From: Tubiluchus corallicola
Taxonomy: Eukaryota > Animalia > Priapulida
Length of the DNA stretch: 64,000 nt
Assembly (NCBI GenBank): GCA_030141605.1
Contig: JAQGDQ010000007.1
Location: 1,227,173-1,291,172 of the forward strand
Reading direction: 5' to 3'
Shown piece after piece: positions 32,871 through 45,385 of this stretch. Under the pieces are notes generated by a model. The model was not told the origin of the DNA. It saw nothing but the letters and a program-made list of their open reading frames with translations, and searched no databases. Each line of letters begins with the position of its first letter. Within the stretch, counting starts at the first letter, position 1. The position numbers and the translations under genes were made by a program.

Positions 32871-35800
32871 TTAGAAAAACATTGAAAAGTGACATTTTGC
32901 TCTCCACTGACTAAACCGTAACGTGTTGTACATGTAAATAACGACCAGAGGAAATCGTGTAGATATGTAACTCTCGGGGTCTCTTATAATCGTTTGTGCC
33001 ACGCTGCTTAAACCATTGTAGTACTTAATCAGGTTTCTGCCAAATCGAATGAAATCAGCAAATGTATTCCTATAAGGCATCGTTGTTCCAGGGATTTCTT
33101 GCCAGAGGCAGTTGTTTACCATTTGTGTCCAATTTCCACAGGTCGACCTAGCAAACGCTTGCTCAAGTTCGAGAGGTACCAGATCTCCACTGCCTTTGCA
33201 TCGTTTCATTTCTTGACACAACGCCCCGAGAAAGCGATTGCGTTGTTTAGTAGTCCAGAAATAAGGATGCGCTAGAACTTGTGCTATCGTTGGCCTGTCC
33301 ATAGGGTTTCGCTGCAACATCCAAATCACCATATCATTGTATTCCGCATTTATGAACCTCAGAAATGGCGTTCCCGCATTAACATTCGCCTCGCATTCTA
33401 AACAATTGCTACCAAATGGATGTTCTCCACCGGTTAGAATAAAGTACGAAAGCATTCCTGAGATGAAGACGTCCGATTTTGCACTGTAGTTGGCAACTGG
33501 CTCGGCGATTCTAATACATTCCGGGGGCTTCCAGTAGTTACTGTTCGACCACACTTCGTCTGAAACAGTTGAGTTGTCTGACTGAAGAAAAAGGCTAATT
33601 CCAGTGTCTGCCAACCGTAACATACCTGACTCGTCAAGTAGGACATTGCTAGGCTTCAAACCACCATGGAGTATAGGACCTGGCTTTTGTGAATGTAGAT
33701 AACTTACACCTCGGAAAAGCTGGTAAACCAAGATCTTGTTAAAATTCTCACTGCACGGTTTCTGCCTTATAGCTTGCAAATAGCTATATAAGTTATACTC
33801 ACACAACTCCATGGGCAAAAAACCTCCTTCTCTGGTTTCCAAAAGACCCTAATAAAAAATAAATTATTAAAATTTAGATTAAAATAAAAAACGCGTTAAG
33901 ATAAAAAAAACTTCTAACGCCACTTCTTACATCTATCTTCAGGATGTGTTGATCATTTAAGCTCCATAAACGAAATCTGGACACGATGTTTCGAAACTGT
34001 TGAAGTTTGTTCTTGCAAATGAACTTCAATGCTAACTCGGTTCCATCTTCATTAATGCCAAGCAAAACGCCACCTCCGTCAACTGATCTAAAAAAAGTTA
34101 ATTTTTTGCAGCTGTAATGTAACCGTTCCAGAAACTTCCTGAACATGTAGTGGTTCGAGATTTGATCTCAAAAAGATGCAGCTCAAAAATTATATTTACC
34201 TCTTTCCAATAAAGAACTCATCGGAGTAACAAAATCGTATGGTTCCCTTCGTGATTAGATCACTGGCATGCATTGAGGCTAACTTTCTAAATTTGTCATT
34301 CCAACGCTTGCTACGACTCTTCCAGTTTCCATTGGAAATGCTACCGTCACAATTGTGCAAGTCTTTCTGAAACAGCATTTCTCCAGGAGTGCTCATCTGT
34401 ACGCCTTGTCTTTGGCTAGCATGGACCAGGTTATCTACTGCAGGTTCTGTTGATATACTAATTAAGGAACTAGAGGACATGCAATCAGTATCGTCAAAAT
34501 CATTTTGTTGAATGTTATTGTACCTGTCACCGTTGTAGGTACTATTTGGTGGTCTGAGATTTCCTATATTCCATTGTTGCAAATCATACCCACGACCATA
34601 ACTACTTGTGGCTTGTGACATGGAAAGATTTACATCTGATGCGTGTGAAACAGCTTCATTAAATCCCACCGAATTTGTGCTGCTAGAAGAAGATGTGAAA
34701 TTGAATCCATTATCCTGCTGTGCAAATATTTCTGCGGGTGTAGACATCTGAGGAAGCACTTGAGCAGTTGGTTTCTGTTTGACTGTTGGACATTCGTTTT
34801 TCCTCATTTCAACCACAACGTCAGCATTTTTTGGTAAGTACACCAGATGATTCCTATTGGTTGAGGATAAAACACCTGGTTGACGAAATGGTTTTTCTGA
34901 TTGAGGCACGGTTATAGTTTCCTGCTGAAATTCAATTCCTGGTGGAGGAATTACCATAGGAGCATTGCCACTGGAAAGTGGCATGTGATTTTTGTTCCAA
35001 GGAGGCATTGAACCAGGAAAATTGCTCCAGAGTTGCTGAATAGCAACCTGAGGCAGTGTTGGAAAAAAACCAGGGGGTGGGGGCATCCTCCAGTATTGAA
35101 CAAAAGGCGGTGGTCTAACCATGTGATTAATACCTGGTGGACATGGGATTTGACATTGGTTACTAAGATTGGGATTGTCATGTGGCACTGTACTGACATT
35201 GCATCCCACAGAAGTGGAATTTGAGTTTAGCAATGTTTCCTGCCAGTTAAAATTACTTTGTGCAGCCAGAGGAACAAGAGACTGGATTATGTTGTGAGAA
35301 TTACTTTCGGAACATGTAGAACACCATTCTGGCCCAGACGGCAGATTCTGAATTTTTGAAGTGCAAGCCTGAAAGCTTTCGGATGGTTTGGATGATAACC
35401 CTGCTTCATTGGAAGATGTAGGTGTTGTATCGGCATTTCTAAGAACAATTTGACTGCCTGTGTTTTTGTTTGAGCAGTTTTCTTCACTGGTTGATAATTC
35501 TGGTGTTCTAACGTGATTTAGTGATGATTCCAACTCCCTATCTATCTGATCATAATTAAAACTTGAGCTGTCACTCAAATTTTGACTTTCATCACTATTT
35601 GTGTTTGTGAGTGATTTCCCAACACTTACAGTTCTTTCTGGAGATTGAACTGTAGATGTTTGCCCCGAAATATCAGACTCATTTGATTCTACTGAAAAAG
35701 ATTCATCAGATTGTGTCAAAGGTTGTATTAAGCAAGACTGTGAACGAGCAGTAACAACTTCTTGAATCCAATTGTTGATCATTCCCCTTTTTATTTCATC

Positions 35801-38800
35801 TCTAACGGGATCTTTTTCTGGTGAAACAGCCATATTGTTAACTGAAGAACGAGACAATATGTGTGACTCAGAACTTTTGAAAATTTTCAATAAAGGGCGT
35901 GACCAGTGATCATCAAAGCCATCAAGTGTTTTCCATACGTTGGTAATATCAGCTTGTGTAATGTTGGCATTATCATTTGCTATGTGAATTACATCAGATT
36001 GTATACCCTGGTTCACGTCAGATACGACTGGCATTTGCTGGTTCTCAAAAACCACTGTTTCTGAGGATTTTGGTGTAATTTCATTTTTTGGCGTGTCGGC
36101 TTCCACATGTTCACAGGAAATATTATTATTATTAACACTTATAATTTCAGTATTTTCTTCATATTTCACAATCCCATTATCTTGCTTGTCCTCTTCCAGT
36201 TTTTTTGCTTTTAATTGCCTTGGGAGGAACTCAGCACAATCGTCTTCAGTACCATTATCATTGTCATTCCACTGAACAACTTCAGATGGCAAATTGATTC
36301 TATATGACGTAGTATTTTGATTCACAGGTTCAATTTCATCTTTGTTGGAGATCAGGTGCAAGGTAAAAATAAAATCCAAACACAAAATTTCTTTTACGTT
36401 AGCTAATGTTAGTAATTGGTTACAACTGCATTCCTCATTGTCATGATCATGGTCGTTACCGCTTTCATTGTTTTCATTAGTGTTGAATAAGCTTTCCAAA
36501 ATTGACGTGTCATTACTGCTGCCATCTGTTAAAGGATCGTCGCCTTCTGATTCATCATTTGCAGTGTAATAACTTTCAGACGTCGATGTTGTAGATGTTG
36601 CATTTTCCACAATGACTTTATCAGCATGCTTTTCCTTTCTATCACAGAGATGATTCGCAAAGTCACTGCTTGTTGTAATCTGTGATGATTCGTTGTTTCT
36701 ATATGAATTATCGTCAGTGAAATGTTCCTTTTGCTGTAATTCACTGGAATGGTCTTCCGTCATTGTCTTATTAGTTTCTTCACTGCTGATGTGAACATTC
36801 TTATCTGAATTACTTGTAGTTTTTTTAAATGTCTTCTGAGGACTTACTGGTGCTGATTTTGCTACACATTTTCCGTTTGGCAAATCCAGTCTTTTTCTTG
36901 ATGGCACATCATTAACGTCATAGTACATGCCAACTGGTTGTTGCTGAGTTGTCTGCTCCCAAACGAAGAGTTGCTTGCTTCCATAATCAGAGTGTGTACG
37001 GTGTTTGGTAGGCGTTGTTTTGGTTTGAGTTTCTCGTGGCTTGCTTGATTCACCCTGCCCTTTTACTCCTGTTTTTGGTTTTATTACATTACCTGGTTTA
37101 ATTACTTTTGATACTTCATTCTGCGCTTTTTGTGGACTACATGTGCTCTTGTTATCCTGTGACATAGCTAAAAAGGTAGAAGATGGATGTTTTGCTTCTG
37201 CATGTTGCAAAGCAGTTGCGGTTTTCTCTGTAGCAGTCCACTTTATGAAATCCTCTATCTCGATTCTGCTTATTTTCACGTTTTTTGGTAGCAGGTAGTC
37301 AGAATCTGTAAAAGCAAGCCAAGGGTTTAATTCTTCTTCTGAATTTTTTATATGCTTTGTCTTTTTCTTTGCTTTTTCCACAACCTCAAATCTATCACCA
37401 ACATCAACCGGATAAGCAAAACCATGATTTAAACCCTTCGTGTAATCATCATAAATAGTTTCATCAGTAGATGATTTGGAATTTTTGTCCTTATCTCCCT
37501 TGAGCTTTTTATCTTCCCATAATTTCTCAACCTCAATTGTTCCGTCTTGGCCATGTTTAAGCTTACATTGAGATTGTTTTGGTTTCTTCTTGATTTTGGA
37601 CATCTTATCTGTGGCACTGTCTTCGTTATAAGGACTTGTTGTTTCTGATTTTTTGACATCTGGGGATTTATTTTTTGCCTCAAGCTGATTATGCGGCATT
37701 TCGTTTACGTCATCACTGTCTCCTTCATTTCCTAATCTTCCATTCGATCTAGTGGAGCTGTAACTGCCATCTAGTTTTTTTGAATTTTCTCGGTGACGTC
37801 GCTTTTTTTCACGCTTCCTGGCTTTTCTGGCCTTATCGCGCTCTTCGGATTTTAATAACTCGTTCTCATGAACAGCAGCCAATTGTTGCTCGACTTCGTT
37901 AAACTTTGCTTCAAAGGCTTCCCACAGCCTCTTAATGTGTGCCTTTTCATCTTCTTTGTGTGAAATGCAATACATTCGTTCAAAAGTCGTAAGAAATGGT
38001 TTCAACTTGTGATAGTTGTTCTGGAGCCACTTGAAACCTTCTGGTGCATCGCAGAGAGCAACTACTATCACGAGGCTGGTCACCAGGACTTGAAGATTTT
38101 CCATGTGACCCTTTGAGTATTTTACAGCTACTTTGATAAAAAATTCCAGTTTAGATTTGTCTATCAGGTAAGATGCAAAACGATTGTCTATCGTATTGTC
38201 TTCATTAAGGATCAGCTCTTTGCAGAATGTGCAAGATGCCAGAACAATTTCTTCTTGTGTCATGAACCTTTGGATGACCTGTATAGTAGCATCCAGTGTT
38301 TCGTATTCATCCATGTGATGTTTTACGTCTGGACTTCTTTTTAAAACGGCCGTCAGGCTTGGATAAAGATACTCCGTGTAAAACCGTGAAGCGCTGCGTG
38401 CTTTTGGATCTAACATTCTCTCTGTTCTATTCTGAAAATGTAAAGCTTTATAAGAAACGACTTAGACAAAAAAGTGTGAACTTCTCTTTGAAACTGCAGG
38501 CTGAAATGTTGTGGATGCGGATGACCACACTACTTTTCGCCATTCACCCAATGCAATATTTCATTTCAAACACACTGCAGCGGAGCCTACTTCTTTGCTT
38601 GTAGAAGACCGAAAGCAGCGTAGTGAACGACACTTCAGGCTGCAGTTCAAAGCAGAGGTTAAGTTTTAATTGACATAACTGTATGGCTTCGTTTGCAAAA
38701 GATAGGCAGTCATAGGTCTGATCTGAAATACTGGTGCGCCGTAAAGCAAGTAGCTCGTACGGAAAATGGAATTTACTACCAAGCAAGGACTATAACAAGT

Positions 38801-41800
38801 GACCAAGTGTTGAACAAATCAGAACGGATCTTTCTTCACTAGAGAAAGAAGAAAAGAGAAGGAGAAACATAGCGATGTGCAGCACAGTACCCACAGTTAA
38901 TTAGTGCTTAAAAATGTATTTTGTTCACTATTTTAAAAACAACTAAATGGTATTTGTTTTAGTTATACGTAAAAAACAACTAGCTAGTCCAAAACTGACA
39001 TCCACTTTTTCATTGTTTTATTTGTTTTTTCGACGCTGCGTCAGGAAATGATAACCAATTTGAGCATTTTTATGAATTAACCGCATTATTTTTGAAAAGC
39101 TAATTAGCTGCTTTTTAGTAATATAGAGACGTGTCTTAAAAGTGAAAGTTTAATAACCAACAAAATTTCGTTCTTACCTTAATGTAAACTGATATACATG
39201 TGTTACAATCTTTTGGACTGCATTTGCATTCTTTCCATAGCGTTTCCTTCATCTTTGGTACTTTACTGACCAATGCCAGGCAAACAGGGGTAATCCCAGC
39301 CTAAAAATATCAGAAACATAAATTGTGTATGCAAAAACTAATTACCCTTATCAATGACCAACATTCATATATGGCAAATGCAATGGCTACATACGACAAA
39401 TACACTTTTTTCTCATTTATAGCAAAACATTAAAACAAACAAGCAAATGTGCAAACAATTAAACAAACAAATAAACAAACATATATAAACAAATTACAAC
39501 CACAAATGAAAACAGATTTGGCATCACTTCTGACATTTGGGGCTAGGCGACCGAGATTTTAGCAGAGCCTCATAGGCTAGGTTAAAGTCTTTGGCCTGTT
39601 AATAGCGTTCATTATTGACACAAACGCAAATTATACGTGTAGTAAAAAAACTTGAAGCCATTGCGTGAGCTTGCGCGTTACAACAAAATTGGTAAGTACT
39701 TAGTACTAGTTATTGGTACCTTATTTTCCAGAAGAGCGTTACATTTAGCTTCAAGTAGCTTAAGCAGTACTGCTGGATAGCCGTTTTCTGCCGCTAGATG
39801 GAGTGCGGAATTACCATCGGCGTACCGCTGCAAGTTTTTAAATTTGTTCACATTGGGTCGTTTAAGAAGAAAATCAACACAGCTTTCCCAGCCTCTTTCA
39901 GCAGCTATAATGAGTACTGTTTCACCTAGCTAAAGCAAAATGTATGATTCAGAATTGTAGCTTGGTTGCTAACACATAGGTTTTCGTATCGACGTAAACA
40001 ATTGTTTGCAAGGTCTTGCTACATAATTACTGTTTATTTGTTTGCAACCTTACCAAGCAAGAATAGCATAAGGAAATTTAAACAAAACAAACGCCCTGCT
40101 ATTCATCATGCACTATTAAAAATTAATGAACAGCTAATAAATATTCGCGCTGGTGACTCAGCTAAAAGAGCCCATTTATAGCTAGTGCGGAAATGGCGCG
40201 CTGTCACTAAAACAATGAATTATTAACAAAAAGCGACTACATAAATTATATTTTGCAAATGCATGAGTGCAGAACTTTTCGTGAGTGACTGTACGTAAGC
40301 CATACAGGAAAACATAGGAAACTGTGGTAGTACGTCGACGATTATGGTGCCTTGACGATCTGCTCTTTTTGAATTACATGTAGTTAGTAGTGAAAATTTG
40401 TCCAATAATTAAAAATACTTTGTGTTATCCGAATATACTTTAAACATTCATTTACGCTCTTGCTTTTAATTGTCGAAATGTCTGATAATAACTTTTTGCT
40501 TCACTTCTTTGCCGAAGTCTTATTTCTTTGATTTCACTTCCCCTTTGCAGCACATGCTAAAACAAAGCCCGTTTCCTTACTTAGACTTTTTTATTCAGTT
40601 TAGCACTCTGCAAGCCAGGATCCAGCATTCATTGACAGATCTTACTTAATGTAGCTGCCGTGGTAAGACCAGAACCTATTTTATTGTGAAGGGTAATTCT
40701 CTAAGATATCTTTGTCAACATTGGTTCTACATATAATACGTCCTGCTTCAACAAAACAAATGATTCATGGGCAGCGTTGTAGATGAGACCGCCCAAAGGC
40801 AGTATTTCAGGTAGTCACGCACTTAGTTGCCGACCAAAATCAACGCCAAACACACGGGCAATTCTCCCTCAAAACACAACAGTGATTATTACACACACAG
40901 TAATCAATAAACAAATCCGCATGTTATCAGTAGTATCACTTTACAAGTGTATGATAAATGCTTGTGAAACTGAATCCATAACCTCTTATATGACAAGCAC
41001 ATCCGATATTACCATATAAGAAACTCTGGCCCATACACGAAAACAGTCCATTTATGGCATTCTAGTCCTATAATCTTAATTTTTTGTTTCTTTATATTAG
41101 TTCATAAAAACTGACGTCGATGGTAAATCACTATTTAATAAAAGAGAAGATAAAAGAAAAGATTAAAGTTTATTAAATACCACAACTAAATACGATGCAA
41201 CAGGGTTGCTCTCTTTTCTCGTTCGCCTGCCAATATCGTGTCTGCCAATATAGCCTGCTAATTCGCCTGCCAATAATCTAACCCATCAACATGAGCAATA
41301 GTGCTGCCCAGCATGCGTGCAACAATAGCAAAGCATATATTTCAAAGGTAGAGATGATGTTGTACCTTGGTTAGATATCAAAGGTGAAACGATGGCAAAT
41401 TAAAAAAAAACAATTATGCTAGGATGGAAGTCAACCGATATACCTAAAACGGAACCTGGGTATTGAAGACTTGAATATCCTTCACTTGTGGGTAATACTT
41501 TCTTTCATTGCCTGACACCTAGAACTTTTTTATTGAAACATGTAATAATACTTCGAATTTGATAGCTAGTTCTAGGAATGGAATTACGGGAATGGTTTAC
41601 CTTATTAGCGTAGCTAAAATCAATGTGGGGTTCATGGTTAATCAGCAGTGAAAAATTGGCCGCATTTCCATTCTTTGTAGCCATCATGATCGCGTTGGAA
41701 CCATCCTATAAAATGGAAAAAATGAAAAAAAACATTCTAGTAACAAATTTCATGTTAATTAAAAGAAATTTGTTGACTAACCAATAAAAATACGTGCTCG

Positions 41801-44800
41801 AGCAACTGTGTTACATAAAGGCCGAACAAAAGCGTGGACAGATAAGCGAACAATTAATTTCACAAAAACAAATCTATAAAGAAATTAACTAATGCATTAA
41901 TGAACGATCGACAAATAAATGATTAAAGAATTAACAATAGACAGAACATAACTCGCATAAACAATTGATAGAATGGCTAAACTTAAACAGCAAACAAATT
42001 AAAAAGTGAACCGACAAATCGCTGCCCAGCAGATGTTCCATTAAGAAGGTGAAAAAGTATACGAAAGCAAGAGTTGGGCAAACTATCAAATGAAAAAAGG
42101 ATAGACACAGACAGAAAAAAATGGCTAGACAAATATTCAAATTTCTTTTGCTGCCAAAATTAACTTACCAAAGACGTGGCATTTACGTCAGCTCCAGCTT
42201 TCAGCAATCTCTCAGTGATTTCTGGCCAGCTGTGTTTGCAAGAAACCAGTAAGGCTGTGGCTCCATCCTGTAATAAAATTTTGCAATATCTCTTGACTTT
42301 TTCGATAAAACTATTCAGCAGACACGTAGCCAGGGGGGAGCCTGAAAACTTCCCCTTCACTGAATTTAAAAAAAATTATGAATGTTTTGTTTCCTAGTTG
42401 TCCGATGGATCGTATTAAACAATTGAAGAATTAACGAATAAACAACATTTGATTTAATGTGCTAACATTTTTATTTGTTATGTGTATTTTCTCTTTCAAA
42501 TGCTTTTTGTGGTTAAACTTTTAAAATACTATTTATATGCTTCTTTCGCGAGAGCTTCTGAAAGCATGTGACAAACAACAGTTTCCTAAATTATGTTTAC
42601 TGTTGACAATAGGTGTTGTCATTCCAGTGTCTATAAGCACACCAGAAAGAACTTTCTCTGACTTACCTGTGCCTTATTTTCCGCGCCAATTTTCCTGTGC
42701 TATTTTTACCTGTACCATTCGTTTTTGTCTCAAAAAATTTGCTTAGCTTGAGTGCAACATTGAGTTAAAGATTTACGTTGCGTACTTCACTTTACTCAAG
42801 GCGTACCAACCTATGTTAACCCGCGTAGCTTGCGTGGTATAGTTTCAAATGTTTTACTCAAGACACTAAATTTGAATCATCTTTAAAAATTTGTCACTAT
42901 TGAACACATAATTTACGACAAGCAGTTATGAAATCTAGTTAATGACCGTAACTTGTTATGTGTGCCACAAAATTATTTATAAGAAAAAGTAACTCAAAAT
43001 AAATTTATATCTCTTGCGTAATTATGTAACTTTCGCAACATAAACTAAATAGTATAGAAGTTCAAACAGTAGCTCAGTTTTTATAGCACGCATAAATTCA
43101 TAACAATAACAAATAAAGTTATCGTTCTTACAGTTAATTTTTATGCCATTCTTTACTTATTTGTAGTAGATCCTACATGCACTTGGCGCGAAATTTGGTA
43201 CGGAATTACGGTACGATATTTTATCGTACTAGTACGATACGATTCGATTTTGTAGGTCCGGCACGGAATTATGGTACGGTATTTTTTAGAGGTACGAAGT
43301 GCGGTATTTTTCGTACCGTACCGTGCCGTACTGCCAGCCATGCCCACATGTACCTGAACAAAGACGAAATAGACATTGAAAATGTAATACAGGGGTTTGC
43401 AGACCTCAAAAAGGCACATTATTTTATAAGTTACAGTTACAAATAATTTTGTAATTTATTCTATTGTAATTACGATGAACTTTAAGTAAACTCTACCTTT
43501 AATAAAAATTGAAAACAAAACTTTACTTTTAATTATACATGGCGAACCCAATTTGTTTACGAGGTATGGGAGTGCAAACTGTATTAGACTACACAGTACA
43601 TCTATTAGTGACTACCTCATTCCCACTCCCATGGACTGAGCTCCGAAATTCAATTTAAGCATTGGACCAGATAGGTGTTACTGCCTCATTAAAGGGTGAG
43701 TACTACCTCTCGCAATGACCTAGGTAAATTGATAGATAAAACCACAGCTTGATGACCTGTAGAAGCGTTTTTCTCAGTTGGCCACAGATTGACGGGCCGA
43801 TTTGTCAGCCAAGCGAAAACCTCGAGCAGTGGCCAGTGAATGGATAGGAGGCGCCGATACAATATTCCTGCTGAGGAATTTATCTGTCATACTGCTTATG
43901 AATATTCAAATAAAAGTCTTAGTAAACTGCTCAGCCTTTTCTATTTAGAATAACCTTAAAATTGCAATGTCAAGCAAACAGGTGATTTTTATATTAGTTT
44001 GTTAACAAAGTCGATGTTAATATCTTAATACATGAGCTTAGTGACCAAGATTAAGCAAAATCATGGTTGGAGACTATTAACACCACCGCGTTCTGTGCGA
44101 TTGTATTCAAACTGTTTTCCTCTTAGAGGGACGATGCATTCACATCCGAATATGCAAAAATCATACCGGCATAGTATTACAGCTTAGAATATTAGAACCG
44201 ATAGTGATAATTGATAATTCCGCCATCACCATCCACATTAAGTAGGCGCTAGCATTGAGTATTGTAGACCAGCTTGAAAGTGCCAAACTGTATAAAAATC
44301 AACTGTTAGCTGAAAGAATGCAGTTTACGGTAGCAACATGTTTAGAGATACGAAGGGTCTACTTACGTCATTGAAGCTAGCGTTGACGCAACTCTTATCT
44401 TCTATGAGCTTTTCTACAGCTTTTACGTGGCCGACAGAAGCAGCGACTAATAATGTTGGATACGGAAAATCCTGCAAAATAAAAGAAATAAGAAAGCATG
44501 TCCGGGATTTCGCAAATTCACGGAGAGAACGTCGTTACGGTTCATTAAGTAACAAAAGATTCGTTATGGAACAGTATTATGTATCAAAGTAATACAGGGG
44601 TTGGTCTTGGTCTGTGGGTAGGCCCTGAAGACCAGACCCCAGATAGACCAGCCGTAGACCACAGACAGACCAACCAGATCTGTGACAAATGAGATTTCAG
44701 ATAAATCAGAAACCCCAGACTGATCAGCCACAAATTACACTACAGATATATTAGATTTCAAACAGATCAGTAAAATCAACCACATACCAGACCTCTGTCG

Positions 44801-45385
44801 ACCTTATAAGGACGTTATATTTTTAACAGCAACAACAACAACAAGAATAAACAACGGCTTCTACTAAAGTATAAAAACACCGTTGATTTGAAATTTGCAA
44901 ACAGGATTAACCAAAATGTAAGACGACTGAGAGACATGTAGTGCAGTTGATATCAAGAAACTTTTTCGATGTTTAGTAGATGAGTGTTCATACACACTAT
45001 AACTGTACAAAAATCACACGCTCAATAATTTTACTTTTTACGACAATTGTGGTTAAACGTACCCAAGGGAAAAAAGCTAAGGGTTAGAGCTAATATTAAC
45101 ACACTTGGCTATGACAGACCAAGATAATAATATTTATCTGACCTATCATAACAAAAAAACTAGCTGCTATAGCTACAAGTTACTGCGTTTCACAAGAATT
45201 ACCAAATTTTCAAAAGAAATAGTTCCTCTAGGGTCCAGTCGGTTTTCTTTCATTAATTCATCTAGGGCTAATCGAACATTCTCGGCTGTCACATCTACTT
45301 CTTTCTTATCCTTCTTCTTGCGAGTTCCGCATTCAGCGTCTTCAGCTTTCACTACAGGTGAGTTTTTTCTTTTTATTTCAGTCAT
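32871..45385 (-). CDS. RNase L-like / IRE1-related protein: ankyrin repeats + helical/coiled-coil region + long disordered linker + pseudokinase + KEN domain (about 2100 aa)
   Basis: Exons, 5' to 3': 45385-45203, 44471-44367 (PTLLVAASVGHVKAVEKLI), 42267-42169 (DGATALLVSCKHSWPEITERLLKAGADVN), 41705-41601 (DGSNAIMMATKNGN), 39929-39720 (GETVLIIAAERGW..DGNSALHLAAENGY), 39300-39178, 38789-about 38591, about 38460-34200 (4.2-kb exon), 34087-33931 (GGVLLG..LALK), 33848-32871 (MELCEYNL..HGGLKPSN..DTG..KSDVF..GGEHPFG..RPTIAQVLAHPYFW..YRNTFADFIRFGRNL..DPESYISTRFPLVVIYMY). The junction near 38460-38590 is uncertain; the other junctions are phase-consistent. Confidence 0.85.
42322..43570 (+). mobile_element. 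Decayed hAT transposon remnant with nested insertions
   Basis: C-terminal dimerisation-domain-like peptide FPKLCLLLTIGVVIPVSISTPERTFSDL (about 42580-42665) continues as LNKDEIDIENVIQGFADLK (about 43350-43410). A CGTAGCCAGGGGGG-type end lies at about 42325. A CGTAC-repeat MITE end (43190-43341) and a TGCCATTTTT-type repeat arm (42665-42720) intervene. Confidence 0.55.
44595..44810. repeat. CAGAC/AGACC-rich subterminal repeats of a probable MITE fragment
   Basis: Starts CAGGGGTTGG followed by many short AGACC/CAGAC units. Confidence 0.4.

Noticed and set aside
32871-34230. Calling the kinase-KEN gene IRE1/ERN1 or RNASEL outright
   Set aside because: It lacks the IRE1 signal peptide, luminal domain and TM segment. 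Orthology to vertebrate RNASEL cannot be shown without a phylogeny, so no symbol is given.
43190-43341. Short CGTAC/GTACG repeats resembling a repeat-spacer array
   Set aside because: Irregular subterminal repeats of a MITE in eukaryotic DNA; no constant repeat length, no unique spacers and no cas genes.
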